From assembly GCA_029233965.1 (NCBI GenBank), contig JARGOP010000012.1, positions 30,779 to 94,778 on the forward strand: a DNA stretch of 64,000 nt, written 5' to 3'. This document shows, piece by piece, positions 26,633 through 34,549 of the stretch. The DNA comes from Verrucomicrobiales bacterium (lineage in GTDB: Bacteria > Verrucomicrobiota > Verrucomicrobiia > Verrucomicrobiales > DEV007). Each line of letters opens with the position of its first letter. Position 1 is the stretch's first letter. The notes beneath the pieces are model-generated. The model saw nothing but the letters and a program-made list of their open reading frames with translations, did not search any database and had not been told where the DNA came from. Made by a program: the position numbers and the translations under genes.

Positions 26633-28489
26633 ATGAAAAAATCTCTCCTTACCTTTCTTGCCGTTTTTGTTTCGGCAGGGGCGACTGCTGCCGAACTTCC
26701 CAATATTCTCTGGGTCACTTCCGAAGACAACGGGCCACACCTGGGTTGCTACGGGGACGACTATGCCGTTTCGCCAAACCTCGACGCGCTGGCTTCGAAG
26801 AGTCTTCTCTACACCCGTGCCAGTTCGAACGCCCCCGTTTGCGCGCCGGCACGAACCACGGTGATTTCCGGAATCTATCCTCCGGCGACAGGAGCTCCCC
26901 ACATGCGTTCGAATGCGCCACTGCCTGCGGAGATTAAAATGTTCCCGGCCTATCTGAGGCAGTTGGGGTACTACACGACAAACAAGTCCAAGGAGGACTA
27001 CAATCTCGAAAAGTCAGACGACGTCTGGGACGAGAGCAGCAACAAGGCCCACTGGAAAAACCGGGCGGAAGGCCAGCCCTTCTTCGCCGTCTTCAACTCA
27101 ACGATTTCCCACGAATCCAAGATTCGAAATAAAATGGAGGACGAGCTTCGCATTCACGATCCCGCGAAGGTTCGGGTTCCTGCCTATCATCCCGACACCC
27201 CTGAAGTCCGCAAGGACTGGGCGCAATACTATGATCGCATCACGCAGATGGATGAAGAGATCGGCAAGTGGCTTAAGGAAGTCGAGGATGCAGGGCTCAG
27301 CGACAACACCATCATTGTTTATTGGGGGGACCACGGTTCCGGAATGCCGCGCAACAAGCGCTGGCCCTACAACTCCGGGCTCCACGTTCCTTTTCTCCTT
27401 CACGTTCCTGAGAAGTTCAAAGAACTCGCCCCTGCGGAATATAGCGCCGGTGGAAAAAGCGATCGCATGGTCAGCTTTGTCGATCTTGCCCCCACGATGC
27501 TGAGCCTCGCCGGGATTGAGCCAAAGGACTTTATGCAGGGTCTCGCCTTCGCCGGAGAATTCGAGGCCGAAGGTGGAGACTACAGCTACGGATTTCGCGG
27601 TCGCATGGACGAGCGCTATGACCTCGTCCGCACCGTCCTCGGCAAGCGCTACGTTTACCTGCGGCACTACATGCCGCATCGTATCTACGGGCAGTACATC
27701 GACTACATGTTCCAGACCCCGACAACGAAGGTTTGGCACCAGATGTATCACGATGGAAAACTGAATGAGGCGCAGTCCCACTTCTGGGAGAAAAAGCCCA
27801 CCGAAGAGCTCTATGATCTTGAGACCGATCCGGACGAAGTGAACAACCTCGTTGGTTCCGCCGGGCATGAGGAGGTCCTCAACAAAATGCGTGCCGCCCA
27901 CATTGCGTGGGAAACGAAGATCCGCGACCTCAGCTTCCTCCCCGAGGCGGAGATTCACAAGCGCAGCAAAGGATCCACTCCCTACGAAATGGGACAGGAC
28001 CCTGCGCAGTATGACTTTGATGCCGCTTTCCGTGCCGCGCAGCTCGCGACTTCACAGAAGGCCGAAGACATCCCTGCGATCATCGAACTGCTCGGCGACA
28101 AAGACCTCGCCGTCCGCTACTGGGGAGCCACCGGATTGCTGATCCAGGAAAAAGCCGGCGTCGAAGCGGGCTACGCTGCGCTTCTCGCCGCACTGGAGGA
28201 TGAATGCCCCAGCGTCGCCATTGTTGCCGCTGAAGGCGTGATTCGTTTTGGTGAGGAAAAAGACCACGAAAAAGCGCTCGATGTCCTCATGAGTTTCGCG
28301 AATCAGAAAGAGGGCAATGTTCACGAAGCAATCCTCGCCGTGAACGCTCTCGACTACGTTGATGAGCTGGCTGTTTCGAGACTGGCCGAGATCAAAGAGT
28401 TGCCGACCAAACCCGGTAAGAACGCGCCTCGCATCGACGGCTACGTTGGTAACCTCCTCAAAAAAATCCTCATGGATTTCGGGGAGTAA
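26633..28489 (+). CDS. Sulfatase (Cys-type) with C-terminal HEAT-like repeat extension
   Basis: Signal peptide, WVTSEDNGPHLGCYG and the CAPARTTVISG signature. The C-terminal 130 aa or so carry HEAT/PBS-lyase-like repeats (LLGDKDLAVRYWGATGL, LEDECPSVAIVAAEGV). Confidence 0.85.
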   Translation: MKKSLLTFLAVFVSAGATAAELPNILWVTSEDNGPHLGCYGDDYAVSPNLDALASKSLLYTRASSNAPVCAPARTTVISGIYPPATGAPHMRSNAPLPAEIKMFPAYLRQLGYYTTNKSKEDYNLEKSDDVWDESSNKAHWKNRAEGQPFFAVFNSTISHESKIRNKMEDELRIHDPAKVRVPAYHPDTPEVRKDWAQYYDRITQMDEEIGKWLKEVEDAGLSDNTIIVYWGDHGSGMPRNKRWPYNSGLHVPFLLHVPEKFKELAPAEYSAGGKSDRMVSFVDLAPTMLSLAGIEPKDFMQGLAFAGEFEAEGGDYSYGFRGRMDERYDLVRTVLGKRYVYLRHYMPHRIYGQYIDYMFQTPTTKVWHQMYHDGKLNEAQSHFWEKKPTEELYDLETDPDEVNNLVGSAGHEEVLNKMRAAHIAWETKIRDLSFLPEAEIHKRSKGSTPYEMGQDPAQYDFDAAFRAAQLATSQKAEDIPAIIELLGDKDLAVRYWGATGLLIQEKAGVEAGYAALLAALEDECPSVAIVAAEGVIRFGEEKDHEKALDVLMSFANQKEGNVHEAILAVNALDYVDELAVSRLAEIKELPTKPGKNAPRIDGYVGNLLKKILMDFGE

Positions 28490-28705
28490 GACGAGCGGAG
28501 GACAAAGCTTTTGTCCGCGAGGGGGAACTCGCCCTTTGAGATTCGGCTTGTCTGATCGGATTCCGGAGAAGAAAGGCCTTCCTTTTTCGCAGAGGACCGG
28601 CTCAACGGGCATTGCAGGGTTGACCCCGGAAGATACAGAATACACGAGGAAGCCCGGGCATTACCGGTTTTTCAGGCGGGGGAGAAACAGACCTCTCCCG
28701 CCGAT

Positions 28706-29014
28706 TTACAATCGCAGGTAGCCTTCGAACGGCTGATCAATTAAGACGATGATCAGATACGAAAAGAGATTTGCCATGATGCTGATGGTCCACGGACGGG
28801 AGAATGCGGTGCGCGAATAAACGAACCCCTCGATCAAGGTCGAAATCCCGAGAGCGAAAGCGCAGGCTCGAATCATGTCATTGCCAAATTCCCCTCCGCC
28901 GACTGAACATTCATTGTGCGGGAAGAAAGGCAGTAATCCGAGGATCGTAATCAGGACGCCTCCGGCGATCCAGGAGGTCACGTTTGCAAAGAGTGGCAGT
29001 GGGATCGAAGTCAC
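28706..29014 (-). CDS. Small hydrophobic protein; start uncertain, possibly the remnant of a longer ORF
   Basis: 102-aa ORF from a GTG start with 3 predicted TM segments. The same frame stays hydrophobic upstream as far as a TAA at 29099..29101 (see findings). Confidence 0.35.
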   Translation of the reverse strand: MTSIPLPLFANVTSWIAGGVLITILGLLPFFPHNECSVGGGEFGNDMIRACAFALGISTLIEGFVYSRTAFSRPWTISIMANLFSYLIIVLIDQPFEGYLRL

Positions 29015-29417
29015 GATGCCTTTGCGACAGTAGAAGTGGAAGGTAAGAAGCTCAGTAGCAAATCCGACGAGAAGCGAATAAGTATAAGGAGGCAGGAGTT
29101 AGGGGCAGTAGTAATCCCAAACGACGTTCCCGGTATACATTTTCTTCGGCGAAGGTGGTCGAGGTTGGTAGCGGCGCCGTCCGGATTTTGGAACGTAGAA
29201 TTCGTGTATATGAGGTGACCCAAGATCCCCGGGGTTGCCATCCTTCCCGTCTGTTCCGGATCGAATCGGGGCGGGACTTCGTATCGGAAGTGGCGGAGTT
29301 CATCGCCACCTTCCTGCCTCTTTCATTCGAGGTTCATGCCCGCAAAGCAAGCAGGGTCCAGTCACGACGACCGGACCCTGTCTGAAATCATGAGTCTTTG
29401 TCAACGCGAAGCGTGGA

Positions 29418-32400
29418 TCACTCCCGCTCCGGGAGCGTAGCGAGATACTTTTTCCGAAGTTCCTCGATTTTGGCCTGCTGCCCAGCGAGGGCGGCTTCCT
29501 GGCGTTTTCTCTCCGCCTCGGCTTCGGCCAGTTCTTTTGCCGCAGCGGCTTCGAGTTGGGCCCGCTCTTCGATCACCTTCGGAGTCTCCCGGGCGACCTT
29601 ACTGGCCTGATCGACCGTTGCTTTGGTGGCATCGGCGGCGGTGTAGGTGGTGGCGAGGAAACCCTCGATATCCTGGAGGCGTTTTCGCAGAGATTCCACC
29701 TCCTCGGTGATTTCTTCGCGGGACTTGTACGCAAGAGCTTCGGCAGCGACGGTCTCGATGACCTGCTCCTCTTCGATTTCTTCGGGCATGTCGCCGACCT
29801 GAACGAGGGCTTCGGGATCCTCTTCGTTGAAGAGCGCGGCAAGCTCGGTGGGAGGGGTATCAGATTGTGCCAGCCCGGCATCGACCTTGAGTTCGGCGAT
29901 GGCGCGATTCGCAACGAGCTGAAGTGCCCGCTCAAGGACCGTGCTCGACTTCTCTTTGAGTTGCTGGTTGCCGTCATTCACCGCCTTCTTTGCCACGGCG
30001 AGCGTCTGCTCGGCCTCGGCCCGGGCTTTCCTTGCTTCGCTGACTTCGGTCTTCGCTTCCACTTCGTCTTCCTTCATACCTTCGAGGTCGATTTCCATGT
30101 CATCGAGTTCCTCGGTCTCAAGCTTCGCGGTGAGGTTGATAGCGGCGGCCTGCCACTTCTTGACAAGAAACTGACTGTCTTTCAGCTCGGCTTTTGCGAT
30201 TTCGATGGACTTCTTCGTCTCCGCTTCTTTCTTCACGATGGCATCGACCCTTCCCTGGGCGCCTTCCTTTTCCCTGGTGGCGGCAGCAAGGGCGTCCTCC
30301 GCGGCCTTGAGAGTTCCCTGCGTCGCCGCAAGCTTGGCCTTAGCACCGTTGAGCTCCGCTTTCGCGGCGACCAATGCTTCGGCTCCCTTCTTCTCTGCGG
30401 CCTGGGCATTGGCGAGGTTGGTCTGCAGCCCGGCTATTTTTGCGCTTGCGTCTGCAAAGGCCTTCTTCGCGGCATCGAGTCCGCCTTTGGCATCGTTGCG
30501 AAGCTTCTCGGCTTCCTGATAGGCTTTTGTCCGGGCGGCGAGGGTGGCGGCAGCTTTGTTTTTCCGGTCCTGAACGGCAGCGAGAGCATCGCGGAGCGGT
30601 TTGAGGGCGGCACCGGCTTTCGCGAGAAGGTCACTTTTCGTTTTTTGATCCGCGGTCTGCTGCTGAATCGTGGAGTTGAGTGAGGCAAGCCTGGCGGTCT
30701 GCTGGTTGACGGCGTCCGTAGCTTTTTTGCTGCCAGTTTCGGCAGTGGCGAGATTTGCTCTGGCCTGATCGAACTCCGCAGTCGCCTGGCGCTCCTTTAC
30801 ACTGGCGCTGGCCTGGGCGTCGACCAGCTCCATCGGAGGAATCTTTCCATCTTTGGAAGCGGCAACCAGAGCCGCGTCGGCTTTCGCTCTTTCGACGGTC
30901 GCACTTTTCAAAATGGCTTCGGCGTTGGCGACCGCTTTCCTGCCCGGATCAACCTGAGCTGTGAATTTGGCGACTGCGGCTTTCGCGTCATTCAGTGCTT
31001 TCGCGACCTGATCCCGTTCCGCCGTCGTTTTCGCAAGCGCTGCATCGGCTGCCTTTTTTGCATTTTCCGCACTGACGCGGGCGGCCGCGAGTTGATCGAC
31101 CTGTTTCTGCTTTTCGGGATCGAGGGCCGGCTTTGAAGCCTCCTCTCTGGCTGCATTGAAAGCCGCAGCGACTGTCGCAAAGTTCTGGTCCCGGGTTTTG
31201 AAATTCGCCTCGGCCTTGGTTGCGGCCCCCTGCGTTGTTTTGACGAGGGCATTCGCGGCATTGAGGGCATCGCCTGCGGCCTTCGTCTTCGCCTGGAGGT
31301 CTGTGAGTGCCTTCTGCGTTTGATCGAGCCGGGGGGTGAGTGCCTTCACCGCACCGTCGAATTTGGCGAACTCTGCCTTTTGAGCATCGCGTTCCCTGGT
31401 TGCTGCCGCGATTTTCTGATCGACCGCAGTGAGCGCGTTACGCGCGTCAGCGAGCTCCTTGGAAACAGTTTTGATGCCCGCTTCCAGTTTTGGCAGCTCC
31501 CCTGTGAGTTCCCTGATGCGTTTTTCAGAGTAGGCAAGCTGCTCTTCGATCGTAGGGGGATTTGGCTCAATGGTGGCGAGCTCAGCTCCGTTTTCGACGT
31601 CCCAGACCTTGATCGTTCCGTGCCAGTCGCCGGTGAAGACTCGCTTGTTGTCGTGGCTGAAGGCAACGCTGAGGACGATGTCGTCAGAAGCGGTGATAGA
31701 CTTGAGTTCCTTTCCGTCTGCCTGCCAAATTTTGACTTTCTTGTCGCGGCCGACTGAGGCGATTTTTCCACCGGGGGAGAAAGTCACGGCGAGAGCGCCT
31801 CCGGGGTGGGCGGCCCACTTTTTGACTTCCTTACCCTCGTTCATTTCCCAAAGGATGATTTGACCGTCTTCACTGCAGGAGGCGAGAAGGTTGCCGTCAG
31901 AACGCCAGGCCACATCGGTCACCGCGGCAGTGTGGCCCTTGAGGGTGTAAAATTCATACCCCGTTGCCGATTCCCAGACATAAAGCCCGCCGTTGCGGCC
32001 GCCCGTTGCGAAGATAACGCCGTCGGGGCTGTAGGCGGCGGTCAAAAGCCAGTCCGGATGCTTTTTGATGCTGCTGGTCTCCTCACCGGCAACAGTGTCC
32101 CAGATTTTGATGTTCCGCTTGGGGCCGCCGAGGATGGCGCTTTTCAAGTCAGGGGAGACATCAGCACCGAGGACGATGTCATACTCCTTGCCGACTTCGA
32201 TGATACGCTCCCCGGTTTTAATGTCCCACGCGACTACGTTACCGGATTTTCCGGCCCGTCCGCCGCCGCAGGAGAGGTATGCACCATTCGGGCTGAACGA
32301 GAGTGTCTGCGGGAAACCTTCGGGGTAGGGGAGGACTCCAAGAAGATCGTAGTCTTCCGAATGGAAAAGAAGAACCTGTTTCTGACCGGCAACGGCAACG

Positions 32401-32939
32401 ATCGGAGCCCAGGGGCTATGTGCCATCGCGGGAACGGCATTGGGCCGCTCGGTGAGGACTTCAGGTTCGAGGATGAGGTGCTCGGGCATCGCCGGGGGAC
32501 CTTCCGGTTTGCCGGTTGAAGTGATGGAGTTGAGATCAATTTTCGGCTTGTCTGACTTTCGGGCCTTACTGCTGGAAGTTTCGAGAAGACCTCCGGCGAT
32601 CCAGTCGGAAAGAATTTTGAGTTCCTTTTCGTCCGCCGGAGTTCCTTTTGGCGGCATAAACGGCTCTTCGGTATGAGCGGAGAGGGTGAAGAGTCGACTG
32701 GATCCCGGATCCTCCGAAGTCACAACGTCTCCACCGGAACCTCCGTTCATCGTTGCTGCGTAGGTGGAAAGATCGAGCCCCCCCTTTGCCTCGTCGGCGT
32801 TGTGGCAGTTCACGCACTTGTTTTCGAGGATGGGGAGGACGTGATCAGCGTAGGTGACCTTGGTCTTCTCATCGGCAGTCAGTGCCGGAATGGCAGCCGA
32901 AGCCGCCAAAATCATGAGGGGAGCAATGATTCTCTTCAT
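29418..32939 (-). CDS. Exported c-type-cytochrome-motif (PSCyt1-like) / WD40 beta-propeller / long coiled-coil protein (1173 aa)
   Basis: Signal peptide MKRIIAPLMILAASAAIPALTA. CVNCH at 32802..32816 sits in a LPILENKCVNCHNADEAKGGLDLS context. There are 6-7 WD repeats (VVAWDIKTGE, IKIWDTVAGE, LYVWESATGY, IILWEMNEGK, VKIWQADGKE, IKVWDVENGA). About 700 aa of Cys-free, Ala/Lys/Glu/Gln/Thr-rich coiled coil follows. Confidence 0.85.
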   Translation of the reverse strand: MKRIIAPLMILAASAAIPALTADEKTKVTYADHVLPILENKCVNCHNADEAKGGLDLSTYAATMNGGSGGDVVTSEDPGSSRLFTLSAHTEEPFMPPKGTPADEKELKILSDWIAGGLLETSSSKARKSDKPKIDLNSITSTGKPEGPPAMPEHLILEPEVLTERPNAVPAMAHSPWAPIVAVAGQKQVLLFHSEDYDLLGVLPYPEGFPQTLSFSPNGAYLSCGGGRAGKSGNVVAWDIKTGERIIEVGKEYDIVLGADVSPDLKSAILGGPKRNIKIWDTVAGEETSSIKKHPDWLLTAAYSPDGVIFATGGRNGGLYVWESATGYEFYTLKGHTAAVTDVAWRSDGNLLASCSEDGQIILWEMNEGKEVKKWAAHPGGALAVTFSPGGKIASVGRDKKVKIWQADGKELKSITASDDIVLSVAFSHDNKRVFTGDWHGTIKVWDVENGAELATIEPNPPTIEEQLAYSEKRIRELTGELPKLEAGIKTVSKELADARNALTAVDQKIAAATRERDAQKAEFAKFDGAVKALTPRLDQTQKALTDLQAKTKAAGDALNAANALVKTTQGAATKAEANFKTRDQNFATVAAAFNAAREEASKPALDPEKQKQVDQLAAARVSAENAKKAADAALAKTTAERDQVAKALNDAKAAVAKFTAQVDPGRKAVANAEAILKSATVERAKADAALVAASKDGKIPPMELVDAQASASVKERQATAEFDQARANLATAETGSKKATDAVNQQTARLASLNSTIQQQTADQKTKSDLLAKAGAALKPLRDALAAVQDRKNKAAATLAARTKAYQEAEKLRNDAKGGLDAAKKAFADASAKIAGLQTNLANAQAAEKKGAEALVAAKAELNGAKAKLAATQGTLKAAEDALAAATREKEGAQGRVDAIVKKEAETKKSIEIAKAELKDSQFLVKKWQAAAINLTAKLETEELDDMEIDLEGMKEDEVEAKTEVSEARKARAEAEQTLAVAKKAVNDGNQQLKEKSSTVLERALQLVANRAIAELKVDAGLAQSDTPPTELAALFNEEDPEALVQVGDMPEEIEEEQVIETVAAEALAYKSREEITEEVESLRKRLQDIEGFLATTYTAADATKATVDQASKVARETPKVIEERAQLEAAAAKELAEAEAERKRQEAALAGQQAKIEELRKKYLATLPERE

Positions 32940-33187
32940 AGTAGTCCGTTGAACGTTACGATCCGAAATCGAGGGTAGGAGATTTTCTCTTGTTGTGAAA
33001 ACTGATAAATATACGATATTTTGAGCGTGTGTCGCGGGTTATTGGATGGCGATATCGCGCGGTTCAGGGGGCCCTTTCGGGTCGTTTGAATCCGCCGCAG
33101 TTCCGCCTCTACGCAAAGACGCCTCTTGTTGCAAAAGGGTTTCAGCTATTAATTCGACAACGAACTATCATCCCACCATCTATTATC

Positions 33188-34522
33188 ATGAAAGGCTGCT
33201 CAAGCTTCTTTAATTCCGGTCTTGCTAACCGTCGCGAGTTCCTTCAAGTCGGCTTCGCTGGCGGCGTAGGACTCTCACTCCCTGAACTTCTCAAGGTCGA
33301 GGCAAATGCGCAGGCCAAGTTTTATGAGTCGAAGGAGGGCGCAGCTAAGTCCCTGATTCACATTTACCTGCCGGGTGGAATGGCGCATCAGGAGACCTGG
33401 GATCCGAAGCCGTATGCGCCGTCGGAATATCGTGGTCCCTACAAGGCGATCAACACCAATGTCGATGGACTCCAGTTCAGTGAGAACTTCAAGAATCTCG
33501 CGAAGGTGGCCGACAAAATGACAGTGATTCGCTCGATGACTCATGGTGAGGCGGCTCACGAGCGTGGAACTCACAACATGTTCACCGGTTACAAGCCGAG
33601 TCCGGCCATTGACTTCCCGAGCTTTGGATCAGTGATTTCGCATGAATTTGGTCCCCGGAAGAATCTTCCGCCCTACGTCTGTGTTCCCAATACACCCAAC
33701 GAATTCGCCGGAACCGGATACCTCAGCTCAATGTATGGTCCTTTCTCCGTTGGAAGTGATCCGGCAGACCTGAAGAATTTCAAAGTCCGTGACCTCACGC
33801 TTCCAAGCGGGGTTGACGGGGCTCGATTCGAGCGTCGTCGCACGCTTCTGGAAGCGGTGGACAGCCATTTCCGCAACATGGAACAGGCGGATCAGATTGA
33901 CGCGATGGATTCTTTCTATCAGAAGGCCTACAGCCTGATCGGTTCCGCCGAAGCCCGTGACGCTTTCGATCTCACGAAAGAAGATGAGAAGGTGAAGGAG
34001 CGCTATGGTAAAAATCAGGCCGGTATGCGGATGCTTCTTTCCCGTCGTCTCGTGGAATCCGGTGTTCGTCTCGTCACGATGACCTATGGCAGCTGGGATC
34101 ACCATGACAAGATTAAAGATAACATCGGCCGTCAGGTCCCTGATTTCGATAAGGCACTGGCGACACTGCTCACCGATCTCGATGAGCGCGGTCTCCTTGA
34201 CTCCACACTCGTGATGGTTTCTTCCGAGTTCGGTCGTACCCCGAAGATCAATAAGACTGACGGTCGTGATCACTGGCCTCGCGTCTTCTCTACGATGCTT
34301 GCCGGTGGCGGTATCAAACGTGGCTTTGTCTACGGATCCTCTGATTCCCTGGCTTCCGAGCCTGATACCAACCCGGTCGACGTTGAATCATTCGCGAAGA
34401 CGGTCTACCACCAGTTGGGAATCAATGCGGATAAAGAGCTGATTGCCCCTGGTCCGCGTCCGATGGAAATCGTTGATGGTGGCTCCGTGATCGAGGAGCT
34501 GATCGCCAAATCTTCGGTGTAA
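33188..34522 (+). CDS. DUF1501-family protein (sulfatase/phosphatase-like fold, TAT-exported)
   Basis: TAT leader NRREFLQVGFAGGVGLSL directly after ATG 33188. Conserved MTYGSWDHH and TDGRDHWP motifs. The ORF track's 33029 start adds an implausible 53-aa extension. Confidence 0.9.
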   Translation: MKGCSSFFNSGLANRREFLQVGFAGGVGLSLPELLKVEANAQAKFYESKEGAAKSLIHIYLPGGMAHQETWDPKPYAPSEYRGPYKAINTNVDGLQFSENFKNLAKVADKMTVIRSMTHGEAAHERGTHNMFTGYKPSPAIDFPSFGSVISHEFGPRKNLPPYVCVPNTPNEFAGTGYLSSMYGPFSVGSDPADLKNFKVRDLTLPSGVDGARFERRRTLLEAVDSHFRNMEQADQIDAMDSFYQKAYSLIGSAEARDAFDLTKEDEKVKERYGKNQAGMRMLLSRRLVESGVRLVTMTYGSWDHHDKIKDNIGRQVPDFDKALATLLTDLDERGLLDSTLVMVSSEFGRTPKINKTDGRDHWPRVFSTMLAGGGIKRGFVYGSSDSLASEPDTNPVDVESFAKTVYHQLGINADKELIAPGPRPMEIVDGGSVIEELIAKSSV

Positions 34523-34549
34523 GGATCTGAATTTTTCATCCCGAAACTT

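Noticed and set aside
28490-28705. Several imperfect hairpins (e.g. GGACAAA-GCT-TTTGTCC at about 28501..28517; GGCGGGGGAGA...TCTCCCGCC at about 28673..28701) considered as terminators or a small RNA
   Set aside because: The stems are short or bulged, they lack a following T-tract on either strand, and I could not match any known RNA family by eye.
29556-30683. 375-aa plus-strand ORF, and several others, antisense to the coiled-coil gene
   Set aside because: It lies opposite the GC-rich Ala/Lys/Glu codon runs of the coiled coil, which rarely create stops on the other strand. The translation is Gly/Leu/Phe/Arg low-complexity with no start context.
33029-33187. 53-aa N-terminal extension of the DUF1501 ORF
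   Set aside because: The twin-arginine leader begins right after ATG 33188. The extension would bury the signal peptide, and it lies in the divergent promoter spacer.
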